Part shown: positions 54,463 through 64,000 of the stretch, in pieces
Layout: each line of letters begins with the position of its first letter
Position numbering within the stretch: the stretch's first letter is position 1
Virus record (IMG/VR): IMGVR_UViG_3300047510_001668
Coordinates: 113,879 to 177,878 of that record
Length of the DNA: 64,000 nt
Reading direction: 5' to 3' (one strand)
Origin: a virus
Translations under genes and position numbers: made by a program
Notes under the pieces: model-generated
Seen by the model: the letters and a program-made list of their open reading frames with translations, nothing else
Told to the model about the DNA's origin: nothing
The model's database searches: none

Positions 54463-55971
54463 TTATGAATTGATGTCTTGAGGTGTATTCGGTTCAGGTT
54501 CAGGAGCCATGGCTTCCATTTCTTTCTCCATGTCCTCGATTTCTTCATCAGTGAAGCGGAGAATGTTCTTTTGAATGTATTTCTTCGTGACATACTTGCC
54601 TACGAAGGGATCCATTTGTCCTACTAGTTCAGCTCGTGAACGAATGATTTCTTGTTCTTTGCTTTCTGTGTAATAGGCGTCTTGAGCAAAACGATATTCC
54701 ACATCATTGTACATCTCCTTCCAATCCTGTTCCGTCAACACACCCTTCAGAATCAATTGTGTTTTCAACAGGTCACTGAACACTTGTGAGAACTGTCTGC
54801 GAAGTTTGCCAATGAACTTGGTGAACTTCAATTCATCACGGGTGATTTCAGCAGCACGACCAAAGTTCAATCCGGCTTGCTGTTGTAATCGTGAGATGGG
54901 AACATTCAATGCCTGATACAAGTGACGTTGAAAATATTCAATGTCAGCAATCTCACCAAGATTCTGTCCTCCTGGCAAGGTGGAAATTTCTGTTCCTTTA
55001 CCACCTTCACGACGAGGCAACCAGAAGTCTTCCAACATGCTCATGGTCTTCTTGTCATCACGAATCTCACCTGTGTTGGCATCATACACCAACTTGTTGC
55101 GATAACGATTCATGATGTCCTTCAGATATTGTTCTGCCTTCAACTTGGGAAGATTGCCCACGTCGATGTAGAAGATACGGCGTTCTGGTGCTCGGGCTAA
55201 CCGATAAATCACCAAAGCGTTCTCCATCATGCGAAGTTGGTTGGCAGGCTTGATGGCTTTATGTAAATAGCTCAACACCATTTGATTGTCCACATCATAC
55301 AATCCTGATGTGGTGTAACAGATGGCATCTTTTGTGATTTTCAATCCTTGAACATTCACAGATGCGGCAACATTCTGAGTCATGTGAAGGCCCTTCTCAT
55401 TGTACACGAAGTACTCCTCCACATTCTTCACAAACTCCACGCCAGTTTTCACATCTTTTTCTTTGTTGACGTTTCGTACCTTTTTGATTTTTCTTGGATC
55501 AATGTATCTGATATCTGTGATGCCTTGTTTAGGCTTGGCAGTATCAATCACCTTGTGAAAATAGATACGACCATCAATGTACCACCGACGAAAATAATCA
55601 TGACCTTTGTCTTTGAAATGCAACATCTCCAACAATGTGTTGAATTCATTTTCAATGCTTTTCTTCACAGATGCCGTGGTTTTCACTTTTTCCAGGTCAA
55701 TGGTCACGATTTGTTCATTGTCCAGATTGGCGATGGCTTCATTCACCACATCATCAATGGCCATGTCCACATCAGACATCAATGAGATGTCACGATAGCG
55801 CTTGATTTGTTCAGATTCATTTTTTGCTGCACCTTCCAGATCCAGATAGGTGCCATAATAGCCACCTGCCTTGATGGTGTCCAGTGCCCCTTCAGTATCA
55901 GAAGGTGGTACAAATGAACGTTCAGTTTGTACCGGTTCCTTCCGCTTTATTGAATACCCAAAAATTTCCAT
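54463..55971 (-). CDS. gp20: Portal protein (gp20)
   Basis: WYIDGR, YRLARAPERRIFYIDVG, EDFWLPRREGGKGTEI. Confidence 0.97.
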   Translation of the reverse strand: MEIFGYSIKRKEPVQTERSFVPPSDTEGALDTIKAGGYYGTYLDLEGAAKNESEQIKRYRDISLMSDVDMAIDDVVNEAIANLDNEQIVTIDLEKVKTTASVKKSIENEFNTLLEMLHFKDKGHDYFRRWYIDGRIYFHKVIDTAKPKQGITDIRYIDPRKIKKVRNVNKEKDVKTGVEFVKNVEEYFVYNEKGLHMTQNVAASVNVQGLKITKDAICYTTSGLYDVDNQMVLSYLHKAIKPANQLRMMENALVIYRLARAPERRIFYIDVGNLPKLKAEQYLKDIMNRYRNKLVYDANTGEIRDDKKTMSMLEDFWLPRREGGKGTEISTLPGGQNLGEIADIEYFQRHLYQALNVPISRLQQQAGLNFGRAAEITRDELKFTKFIGKLRRQFSQVFSDLLKTQLILKGVLTEQDWKEMYNDVEYRFAQDAYYTESKEQEIIRSRAELVGQMDPFVGKYVTKKYIQKNILRFTDEEIEDMEKEMEAMAPEPEPNTPQDINS

Positions 55972-55993
55972 AATATTTCTACCTTGTTAAAGA

Positions 55994-56509
55994 TTAAACA
56001 GGTGTCACTTCAAAATGTGAGTATTGGAACGTCACATTGAATTCTGAAATCACATCGTTTGCTGAGTAGGCCAATGCCACTTCAGAAACAGTAATTGGGA
56101 ATGAGTTAAAGATTTTATAGGTGCGAATGATGGCATCATTACGGTCCAGTTGTGACACTTCCAGGTCACACATATATGTAGCTGGTGCCAATGAGCCGCC
56201 GTTGTCCACACGATTGTTCATGAGGTTGGACCAACGTTCAAACAGTTGGCGCATCTTCATTGATGTGTCGTTCAACACGGTTATGGTCCATGGATCAAAT
56301 GTCCGTTCACCGGCCATCTTCACTTCACGACCACGATATTGCACGATGGTGGGGTTGACGTTTGATGCGGGTAGAGCTGCAGATGTTACAAGTAGTGAGT
56401 CATCACTTGCACCTGCTCCAACAGCAGCAGGGAAAGTTAGTGTCACTAGGAATTGGTTTGGACGTGCACCACCTGCGCCTAATTTGTTCTTGAATTGCGA
56501 AATATCCAT
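55994..56509 (-). CDS. gp19: Tail tube protein (gp19)
   Basis: GGARPNQF, YRGR...GERTFDPWTITV.ND. Confidence 0.92.
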   Translation of the reverse strand: MDISQFKNKLGAGGARPNQFLVTLTFPAAVGAGASDDSLLVTSAALPASNVNPTIVQYRGREVKMAGERTFDPWTITVLNDTSMKMRQLFERWSNLMNNRVDNGGSLAPATYMCDLEVSQLDRNDAIIRTYKIFNSFPITVSEVALAYSANDVISEFNVTFQYSHFEVTPV

Positions 56510-56533
56510 TGTGTTCTCCTAGATAGTTATTGA

Positions 56534-58195
56534 TTAGGCGCCAGCCACTTCTTCAAATGCGACACCAGTACGTGTGGCAACGAAGTTCAGTGTGATGAAG
56601 TTGATGGAACGAGCAGGCTTGATGAAGATGTCAGCCACGAACTGGTTGGCATCAATCACATCACCTGTGTTGTTGGTTTCATCGCAGATTACACGGAAGT
56701 CATAGACACCACGACGACCCTTGATGTCACGGAGGAATGGTTCCACCAAATTACGGAATTGAGCACGTGTGAAGGCGTCATTGAATTCAAACAATTGGTA
56801 CTTGGCTGCTGTGGCAATGGCCTTTTCTAGTACGATGAACAAACGACGAACATTGATTCTGTCGAATGCTGATGGCTTGCTAAGAAGTGTCTTGTCGCCA
56901 AAGAGTACAGTGCCTTCACCTGGGAATGACACCACAGGGTTCACACCCTTCTTGTACAGTGTGTCACGGTCTGCCTTGTCTGGTGAATATGCCAACTTCA
57001 CTACGTTCTTGATTTGACCACGATTCAACCCACCTGGTGAGAACCAAGGGTCAGCAATAGTGTCGGTACGAGCGCAGAGACCTGCCACGTCAGCGTTCAA
57101 TGGCACCCAACGATACTTGTCGTTGTACTTGTCGTATTGATACTTCCAACCTGAGTCCAACACAGCGTAGGAAGTGGATGTTAGTGTGTTACGGAAAGCC
57201 ACCACATCTGTGGCTTCATTACCTGCATTGTTATACACATCAGCAAGTTCAGGTGAGATGAACACCATGCAATCCTTGCGGTCTTCAGCAATCGTGATGA
57301 CACTTGATGCCACAGTGGCATTGTGTGGACCCATCACCAACAAGTTCACATCAACCAATTCTGCATTGGCGAATTCATCGTAACCTGTGATGACATCACC
57401 AGCAACAGGTGAGGTGGATACACCACCTGACAATGATGCACTATGAGTACCTAGACCATCAAATGTGGTACCAGCAGCATTGCTACCCCAGTTGGTTCCA
57501 GCTGGATTATCCATCCACCAGATGTACTTGGAGCCTTCCAACACCGTCTGCCAGTAGTTGGATGCACCTTCTGCAGTCTTGGCATCAGCTGCCTTGGAAA
57601 TGCCAGTGTACTTTTCAAGGATGGTTCCAGGAGTACCTGAGATTAAACCATCTTCATCCACCACGACAAGATGTAGTTCATCATTTGATCCACTTAGACC
57701 ACTGACAAATGTTGATGTGCCAGGTGTGTAATCGAATTCTGCTGCATATGTCCAACCAGCAAATGCACCGGCTGAATTGTCAGCCATAGACACCTTCAAT
57801 GAGTTGCCTAATGCACCTGGGTACTTGGCAGCAAAGTAACCTACAGCCCCTTGACCTGATGCATAAGATGCTTCCCATTGTTCAGCATTCTTGATTTGAA
57901 CAGCAGTGCCTGAAGCCACAGCATTACGAGCGGCTGAACCTACAGCACGAACCACTTTAAGGTTGTTTGAGTAGCTTAGAAAGTTGGCTGCTGAGAAGAA
58001 ACTTGCAAATGTTGTGTCATTTGGCTTCCCGAAGGTCTTTACTAATTCAATTTCTGAACTGATGGTTGTTGGTTCAAGAACTGGACCCCATTGAAAGTCA
58101 CCTACGAAACCACCGATTGATGTGGCTACAGCAGGAACAACATTGGTCAAGTCCTTTTCAACAACTAGAACGCCTGGCGAAAGTTGAAATGCCAT
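56534..58195 (-). CDS. gp18: Tail sheath protein (gp18)
   Basis: SPGVLVVEKD, PWFSPGG.NRG, FDRINVRRLF, FEFND, KPARSINFI. Confidence 0.97.
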   Translation of the reverse strand: MAFQLSPGVLVVEKDLTNVVPAVATSIGGFVGDFQWGPVLEPTTISSEIELVKTFGKPNDTTFASFFSAANFLSYSNNLKVVRAVGSAARNAVASGTAVQIKNAEQWEASYASGQGAVGYFAAKYPGALGNSLKVSMADNSAGAFAGWTYAAEFDYTPGTSTFVSGLSGSNDELHLVVVDEDGLISGTPGTILEKYTGISKAADAKTAEGASNYWQTVLEGSKYIWWMDNPAGTNWGSNAAGTTFDGLGTHSASLSGGVSTSPVAGDVITGYDEFANAELVDVNLLVMGPHNATVASSVITIAEDRKDCMVFISPELADVYNNAGNEATDVVAFRNTLTSTSYAVLDSGWKYQYDKYNDKYRWVPLNADVAGLCARTDTIADPWFSPGGLNRGQIKNVVKLAYSPDKADRDTLYKKGVNPVVSFPGEGTVLFGDKTLLSKPSAFDRINVRRLFIVLEKAIATAAKYQLFEFNDAFTRAQFRNLVEPFLRDIKGRRGVYDFRVICDETNNTGDVIDANQFVADIFIKPARSINFITLNFVATRTGVAFEEVAGA

Positions 58196-58260
58196 GTTAA
58201 TCTCCTATGATGTGATATTTTCAAAGACTGTATAAGTCTATTGCAAAAGTTAGTTGAAAA

Positions 58261-58268
58261 TATTTATA
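58261..58268 (-). promoter_or_regulatory. T4 late promoter for gp18
   Basis: TATAAATA after the gp17 stop codon. Confidence 0.85.
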
Positions 58269-58271
58269 AGT

Positions 58272-59915
58272 TTATGAATCTATATCCCGTTTCCATGGCA
58301 AATTTTGGTCGGTGGACCAAACAATATTGTCAGCAACAAACATGGTTTCTTCAGAACCATCATTCACAAATCCAAAAGGAGTCAATTCATCCTCGATTTG
58401 CATCATCTGTTGCTTGTAAAGGCGCTCACGAACATTCACATCCGTGAGTTCGCGGAAATATTGATTGGTGGTCAACCACCCGAACAGAATCAATGTCATC
58501 ACCAAATCATCATGATACCCTTCATCCGCCATGTAGCTCCCATTCCTTTCTATGAAAGTGGAGAATTCATGGATGGTATCAGCGTCAAATATATTTAGTT
58601 TTTTCTCTTCCAGTAGGCTCTTGATGGCAAAACACCCTGTGCGTTTCACAGACTTGGTGGTTCTAACACCCAATGTAGTGGACTTGGAGAATCCTGGACT
58701 GATGTAGGTTTGATTGTTCTCCTTCACTGTCCCCAAGATGTTTTCATACTCCAGTTCAGCATACAAGATGTCAGCAATCTGACCTCCAATGTCATTGGTT
58801 TCCACCAGAATCATGGCATTGTTGTAATCTTTGGCAGTTTTGTGAATCACGTTAGGGAACAACATGGGAGCAATTGTGTTGTTCTTGAACTTACCCACCA
58901 GCTTGTAAGGAGTTTCCGTGACATCTATAACGGTGAACGCTGAGTAGTCACCACCCACACCACGCGCCACGTCCACGGTAATCACGTAGGTTCTGTCTTT
59001 CAATGGTTCTTCATACAACATCAATCCCATGTCATTCTGATAAATGGGGTCCATGCTACTCATCTGCGCCAGAGTTCTGCCATTAATCAACGTGTTACTG
59101 GATCCCAGAAACTCACACAACACTTCCTGATTGAACTTCACTTCTCCCAATGTTCGGAGTTGTTCTTCCGCCCAAGTTTCATCACGTCCTGGAATTTCCC
59201 AGTAAGGGATGAAATGACTCACGAAGCCGTTCTTGCCTTTCTCTGCCTCATTCCAGAACTTCCAGAAATGATTGTATCCCAGAGGGGTGGATGTCAGCAG
59301 AATCTTGGTGGTGGTACCAGCAGAAATGGTGGGATACACAGAAGCAAAGAATTCTTCTGCCACGTTGTTGGGGATGATGGCAGCTTCGTCAATGTACAAC
59401 CAGTTCACAGACTTACCACGAATACCAGATGCTGTGGTGGCGGCAGTGAACACTTTGCTACCATTTTCCAGTTCCACATTACCTTTGTTCCAAGTACGAA
59501 CACCTTGTTGCATCCAGATGGGAAGATGTTCATACATGATTTGATATCTATCTAACACTTCACGAGCGGCACTGCCTTTGTTGGCAAGAATGGCAACAGT
59601 TTTACTTTCTTGAAACAACGTGTACCAAAGAATACAGGCAGCAGATGTGATGGTCTTGCCTTGCTGACGACCTTCCATCAACACCACTTTTCTATTGTTC
59701 AGGATGACTTCCACTTTTTTCTTCTGACAATCATACAACTTGAACTTAATCAAGCCTTTGTCCAATGACACGATGTGACAATAGGTTTCAATGAAATAGA
59801 TGGGGTCTTGTTGACACCTGACTATTTCTTGAACTTGTTCCGGCGTGAATTGTAATTGTAACCCAATGGACTTTAAATTGGGATTACCATGATAACTACT
59901 TTCCTGTTCCATCAT
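58272..59915 (-). CDS. gp17: Terminase large subunit (gp17)
   Basis: RQQGKT, DEAA, STPLG, DVARG.GGDYSAF, HDDLVM. Confidence 0.97.
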   Translation of the reverse strand: MMEQESSYHGNPNLKSIGLQLQFTPEQVQEIVRCQQDPIYFIETYCHIVSLDKGLIKFKLYDCQKKKVEVILNNRKVVLMEGRQQGKTITSAACILWYTLFQESKTVAILANKGSAAREVLDRYQIMYEHLPIWMQQGVRTWNKGNVELENGSKVFTAATTASGIRGKSVNWLYIDEAAIIPNNVAEEFFASVYPTISAGTTTKILLTSTPLGYNHFWKFWNEAEKGKNGFVSHFIPYWEIPGRDETWAEEQLRTLGEVKFNQEVLCEFLGSSNTLINGRTLAQMSSMDPIYQNDMGLMLYEEPLKDRTYVITVDVARGVGGDYSAFTVIDVTETPYKLVGKFKNNTIAPMLFPNVIHKTAKDYNNAMILVETNDIGGQIADILYAELEYENILGTVKENNQTYISPGFSKSTTLGVRTTKSVKRTGCFAIKSLLEEKKLNIFDADTIHEFSTFIERNGSYMADEGYHDDLVMTLILFGWLTTNQYFRELTDVNVRERLYKQQMMQIEDELTPFGFVNDGSEETMFVADNIVWSTDQNLPWKRDIDS

Positions 59916-60300
59916 CTAGAGATTCTATAGGTTGTTGAGCCTGTTTCATCGCCTTCAACAAATCATGTGTGGAGCCCACAAACAGATTGTTTTGAGTTTG
60001 AATTTTCGGCTTGTCGTCCTTGTCCAAGTCTTTCTTTCTTTTTTGCACTTCCAGAAGGTCTTTGGCAGTATCAGACACCGTTTTAATCAATTGTCCCGCC
60101 ACTTCATAGGCACGAGGATGGTCACTGTTCTTGGCAATGTTCAGAATGCCATCAATGGCTTCATTGCCTTTGTCAATCAGAGTCCGAAGAGTCTCACGGG
60201 CATGGGCAGCATCATCCTCTGATGGCGTGGTTGTGAATTTTTCAAGTTGTTCAGGTGTGGTGTGAACCACATTGAACTTGTCATCAAGATTATCAAACAT
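59896..60300 (-). CDS. gp16: Terminase small subunit (gp16)
   Basis: HPRAYEVAGQLIKT...NNLFVGST. Confidence 0.9.
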   Translation of the reverse strand: MFDNLDDKFNVVHTTPEQLEKFTTTPSEDDAAHARETLRTLIDKGNEAIDGILNIAKNSDHPRAYEVAGQLIKTVSDTAKDLLEVQKRKKDLDKDDKPKIQTQNNLFVGSTHDLLKAMKQAQQPIESLDDGTGK

Positions 60301-61106
60301 TATTCACCTGTGAAGATATCTTCAAATTCCTGTACATAATTGTAAGTGTCCAACGGTGTGGCAGTGCTGGGATCCACGGTGGTGGTGATTTTTGTTCCCA
60401 CCAAACTGTTGGTTGGGGTGGAATCATCCACCAGGGTGTCATCTGTATATATCTTCTGAATTGTTGTCTTGATGAAGTTGCTGTCATAGACATATCCAAA
60501 GAAGTTCAACTTCATGGTGAAGTTCAAGTTCCAGATGACGCTCAATCGTTTGTCGAAACTTCCTTCCCATTCATCCTGGTAGTCAATGCTATCCAGAATG
60601 ATTTGTAAGTCATTTTTCACACCCAGTTCAGGTATCATGTTCACCGTGACATTGAAATCTGGATTGAAGTAGGGAAGAATCTGCTCAATGATTTGCAATC
60701 CATCATCCTGATTCTTGGCAAACACACTCATGCTGATGCCCATGTTGTAAGGTGTGGACACAAAAGCATGGCGAACACCTGTATTGGTGACACCAGGTGT
60801 TTCCACGGCACGAACATTCTGTGTGATGGCTAATTTTCGTGCGGCATCATAGTTGAACGTGGTGATTTCAAATCCCATGCGGGGCAATGTGATGGCTACA
60901 CCTTTTCTGGTTTCATCAATTTCTGGTACTTCACGAATTCTGTCAATGAACTTCTGCTTGGGGGCATAACTCAATGGCACCTTCAGACTTTGCGTGACAT
61001 CTCCACTGTCATCCAATCGACGAACATAGATGCCATTGAACAAGGTGCCAAATGCGATGATGGCCTTTCTAACGTGCTGATGATAGAAGTGTTGATTACG
61101 AAACAT
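60300..61106 (-). CDS. gp15: Tail sheath stabiliser/terminator (gp15)
   Basis: FGTLFN, VPLSYAPKQK, LPRMGFE, EQILPYF. Confidence 0.92.
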   Translation of the reverse strand: MFRNQHFYHQHVRKAIIAFGTLFNGIYVRRLDDSGDVTQSLKVPLSYAPKQKFIDRIREVPEIDETRKGVAITLPRMGFEITTFNYDAARKLAITQNVRAVETPGVTNTGVRHAFVSTPYNMGISMSVFAKNQDDGLQIIEQILPYFNPDFNVTVNMIPELGVKNDLQIILDSIDYQDEWEGSFDKRLSVIWNLNFTMKLNFFGYVYDSNFIKTTIQKIYTDDTLVDDSTPTNSLVGTKITTTVDPSTATPLDTYNYVQEFEDIFTGE

Positions 61107-61846
61107 TAATATTCACCAAAAGGATTGATGTCTGTGAAATCCAGGATGTCTTTGCCTTCGGTTTCAAAGTCCTCACTGTCACTGAATGGTGCATTGGTGC
61201 CTGTGGCATAGGTTTCCTTGATGATGCTGTATCCTGTTTGTGTCAACAATCTGTCTCCTGTTTGCAGAAGAATCTGATAATCAAACACATTCTGTGATAG
61301 TGCATCATCATAGGCATCAATGTCCTCTACGCCTGTGTTGAATTGTTCAGAGCTGTATTGATACAATTCACATTGCATGCTGTAGATGTGAAACTTGCCT
61401 AGTTGATAGAAGGGATCCAGATGTTGCACAAACTTGATTTCAAACATGCTGTTGGTTTTGGGGAGATAAATTAAATCTCCTTCAGCAGGACGATTGGGCA
61501 GTTGCAGGAATTCATCAGGATTGCTTCCCACCACTTCTTCCCACCGACGGCGAGAAATCACAAATGTGGCCTGATGTGTGGTTTGAATACCAAACTTGGT
61601 GAACAATTCATTGTCACCTTCCCAGCCATCAACGTTTTTGATGTACATTTCCACAGGGTAGGCATGGTCAAACTGACTGAGGATGTCCTCGCCTAGAATA
61701 TCATCTTGTTTGATGGAGGTGCGTGGGAGATAGTAGACATCATGACCAAATATCTTGATGCTTTCGATAATTAAATCTTCAAGAAGCCGTTGTTCATTGG
61801 TGGTGCCAGATGTGTTGCCTGCCTGAAAATAGAAATTGGTGGCCAT
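61106..61846 (-). CDS. gp14: Neck protein (gp14)
   Basis: ESIKIFG.DVYYLPR, TKFG, RPAEGDLIY.P. Confidence 0.92.
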   Translation of the reverse strand: MATNFYFQAGNTSGTTNEQRLLEDLIIESIKIFGHDVYYLPRTSIKQDDILGEDILSQFDHAYPVEMYIKNVDGWEGDNELFTKFGIQTTHQATFVISRRRWEEVVGSNPDEFLQLPNRPAEGDLIYLPKTNSMFEIKFVQHLDPFYQLGKFHIYSMQCELYQYSSEQFNTGVEDIDAYDDALSQNVFDYQILLQTGDRLLTQTGYSIIKETYATGTNAPFSDSEDFETEGKDILDFTDINPFGEY

Positions 61847-61847
61847 G

Positions 61848-62816
61848 TTAGCCCACCATGAAATCTACGGGAAGTTCGTAGCGTGATTGCATTTCATTTT
61901 CCAGTTGTGTGATTTCAGCCAAGGCTTCATCAAAGATGATTTGACCATTCAATGTCACACCACCTGGAAGTTGCATTCCCCCAAACTTCTTCATGTTCTC
62001 ACCCCATTGACGCTTGATGAGGGAGGTGGCATAACGACGAAGAAACATGTCATTGTACACTTCAGTCCATTCTTCAGGATCCAAGGCACGATAGACTTCA
62101 AAGATGACGTAATCACCATCATCAAAGATGTCATCCATGTTCACATCCAGATAGATTTTGTCTTGCTTTCTGTTGAAACGAAAGGTGCGTGACCCGGCAA
62201 ACATGTCATCCAACAATTGCAGATGCATCTTCACTTGATTGTAATAGATGACATCTGAGGATAGCAGATTGTACATGTCATTCAGCCGGAACTGATACAC
62301 CACATCAAAGATGTTGGTGTTGGCGCGAGTGCTACCTGAGTCACCCACAGGGAACACACGAACCACACCTGTGACGGCATCAGACACATCAAATGCTCCT
62401 GATGTCCAACTGCCTTCTGTGTAGGCGGTGGTGGCATGTAATGTGGTGGAGAATCCAGACGTGGTTCCTGTGATGATTTCACCATTGCTGAATGCCTTGC
62501 TGACATTTCGAACCTTCAGTTGATTGCTGGATTTCACAGCATACACTTCTGCCGTGGCACCTGAAGTGGCACCTGTGATGGTTTCACCCAAGGTGAATTG
62601 GGATGCAAAAATCGTGGACAATCTGAGAACAGATGCTTCCACTTGTGCCTTCAGATAGACACGTTCTGTGCCATCGAAATGATATTCATTCCAGTAATCA
62701 ATGGCGTCTTGTATTCTATCTTCCACTTGGTCGTCATCCACGTTGATTTCAATCACGGGATATCCTAAACGACGAAGGCAATAATCTTTTAATTGTTGAC
62801 GTGTGGTGATTGCCAT
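61848..62816 (-). CDS. gp13: Neck protein (gp13)
   Basis: LRRLGYPVIEINV, KRQWGENMKKF, LPGGVTLNG. Confidence 0.92.
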   Translation of the reverse strand: MAITTRQQLKDYCLRRLGYPVIEINVDDDQVEDRIQDAIDYWNEYHFDGTERVYLKAQVEASVLRLSTIFASQFTLGETITGATSGATAEVYAVKSSNQLKVRNVSKAFSNGEIITGTTSGFSTTLHATTAYTEGSWTSGAFDVSDAVTGVVRVFPVGDSGSTRANTNIFDVVYQFRLNDMYNLLSSDVIYYNQVKMHLQLLDDMFAGSRTFRFNRKQDKIYLDVNMDDIFDDGDYVIFEVYRALDPEEWTEVYNDMFLRRYATSLIKRQWGENMKKFGGMQLPGGVTLNGQIIFDEALAEITQLENEMQSRYELPVDFMVG

Positions 62817-62854
62817 GGTCCCTCACCATAAAAAGGAAAGTGCTATTACTAGAC

Positions 62855-62862
62855 TATTTATA
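62855..62862 (-). promoter_or_regulatory. T4 late promoter for gp13
   Basis: TATAAATA. Confidence 0.85.
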
Positions 62863-62900
62863 CGAACTAGTAATAGCACCCACCATTTTTACGAAATTTC

Positions 62901-63308
62901 TTACTCAGCCGTGATGATTGGGCTTAGGGCGGCGAGAGTATTGGGAGAAATTTCCAATGTTTCTGGGAAATCAGAAAGTGACAATGACACGTTGGAGACT
63001 TCCACTTCGGTCTTCATCAGACCCATCAATTCATCATTTGCTGCCACGATGTTTTCAGGGGCAATCTGAATGGTGTTGGGAATATCTTCACCCTTGTCAT
63101 TCTTGGCTGGGATGATTTCACCCAAATTATCCTTGATGGCATACTTGGTTCTGACTTCTGCCATCAACTTGTCAAGAGCTTCCACTAATGGTTGAAGAGT
63201 GGTTCGTGCCATTTGAATCTTCCAAGACAGCTTGGCGGCGAACTTCTCGTTGGATAGCGTGTTCAATCCTGCAAATACATCTAACATCTGTTGGTTCGTT
63301 AACTTCAT
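62901..63308 (-). CDS. Hypothetical protein (DUF1617-like pattern)
   Basis: Start MKLTNQQ downstream of its own promoter (longest ORF starts at 63386); L..L....K.SW.I...KY...D..G pattern. Confidence 0.55.
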   Translation of the reverse strand: MKLTNQQMLDVFAGLNTLSNEKFAAKLSWKIQMARTTLQPLVEALDKLMAEVRTKYAIKDNLGEIIPAKNDKGEDIPNTIQIAPENIVAANDELMGLMKTEVEVSNVSLSLSDFPETLEISPNTLAALSPIITAE

Positions 63309-63351
63309 GTTTTCACTCCGTGTTAATGAATAAGGTTCAGAAATATATTGT

Positions 63352-63380
63352 AATGTAACAACATCCGATGGAAATGTCAA
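63352..63380 (-). promoter_or_regulatory. sigma70-type promoter inside the late region
   Basis: TTGACA-N17-TACATT. Confidence 0.65.
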
Positions 63381-63398
63381 GTCCATGGATAACCAGAA

Positions 63399-63764
63399 TT
63401 ATTCTGCTTCTGGTGATGAGCCAGTGGGTGCTTCGGGTTCAGCGGGAGTCCAAGGAAGTGGCTTTTGTGTCAATGCCAACTTCTCCACTTCTTTTTCTAC
63501 TACTAACGCAATGTGTGCCTTGATGGATTCCAGTTTTTCAGTTTCAGCTTCCACCCAAGCCACAAGTTGTGCTTCTGTTAACGAAGCAAATGTTGTGAAT
63601 GTTTCAGCATCAGCTTCAGGAAGTTGAACTTGGAATGGAAGTGTGAATGATGCTTCTCCATCTGTACCTGTCATGGAAGCATCCACTTGTTTCACCACGT
63701 CGGTGAGGGTGTCTTGTGATTGCACACGAACACCATTGATTTTTACTGAGTATGTGATTGCCAT
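63399..63764 (-). CDS. Tail-fibre-associated small protein
   Basis: MAITYS.KI...GTDG...F..LTEAQLVAWV...LPW. Confidence 0.65.
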   Translation of the reverse strand: MAITYSVKINGVRVQSQDTLTDVVKQVDASMTGTDGEASFTLPFQVQLPEADAETFTTFASLTEAQLVAWVEAETEKLESIKAHIALVVEKEVEKLALTQKPLPWTPAEPEAPTGSSPEAE

Positions 63765-63770
63765 GGTTTA

Positions 63771-64000
63771 TTATTCTCCTGTGGCGGGGGCAGCTGGTCC
63801 GCTACCAAGTGTACCACCCCAAGGAGCTTCTGTGACATCCACCCATGGGTCATTCTTCTTGGTGATTTGCTTAATGATTTGTTCTTGTACGTGGTCAAGA
63901 TAATTTTCTACAACGATACCTTGAATCCAACTTAATACTTGTTCTTTGGTTAAATCTTCGTATGCGGTAAAACTACCACTTGCGGGTAATGGAAGTGGCG
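63771..64000 (-). CDS. Paralogue of the downstream tail-fibre-associated protein (5' end outside window)
   Basis: Translated by hand: ...FTAYEDLTKEQVLSWIQG...APWGG...ATGE*. Confidence 0.65.
   Translation of the reverse strand, partial: PLPLPASGSFTAYEDLTKEQVLSWIQGIVVENYLDHVQEQIIKQITKKNDPWVDVTEAPWGGTLGSGPAAPATGE

Noticed and set aside
1-64000. tRNA genes, introns, inteins, stop-codon reassignment
   Set aside because: No cloverleaf or T-loop motif was noticed in the short intergenic gaps. nrdJ, gp43, uvsX, uvsW, gp41 and gp17 look uninterrupted and of normal length under the standard code. tRNAscan was not run.

Overview
The window is a 64-kb segment of a T4-like (Tevenvirinae-/Kyanoviridae-style) myovirus genome, with essentially all genes on the minus strand. 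From the right end it holds the late structural module: neck gp13/14, gp15, terminase gp16/17, sheath gp18, tube gp19, portal gp20, core/internal proteins, protease gp21, scaffold gp22, capsid gp23 and a gp3-like gene. Next come uvsY, uvsW and the late sigma factor gp55, then a seven-gene 7-deazaguanine DNA-modification operon (queE, folE, exonuclease, dpdA/TGT-like, second T-fold protein, GT-B glycosyltransferase, queD). That operon has no queC in the window. Further left are gp47/46, peptide deformylase, a ClpP-like protease, a vWA/HExxH plus MoxR-AAA pair and a SpoU methyltransferase. The replisome follows (gp45/44/62, regA, hsp20, gp43, uvsX, gp41), then a small early operon, late accessory virion genes with a GH19 endolysin, primase, thyX, a MazG-like gene, class II nrdJ and thioredoxin. 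Regulatory signals are unusually legible: sigma70-type TTGACA-N17 promoters, TATAAATA late promoters, a 25-bp palindrome in front of four early promoters, a second shared operator, a ROSE-like thermometer before hsp20 and a candidate antisense sRNA. The strongest novelty candidate is the glycosyltransferase translationally coupled inside the QueC-less deazaguanine operon, which may indicate an undescribed DNA hypermodification. No tRNAs, CRISPR arrays, introns or inteins were recognised. All family assignments come from motif recognition by eye; no database searches were run.
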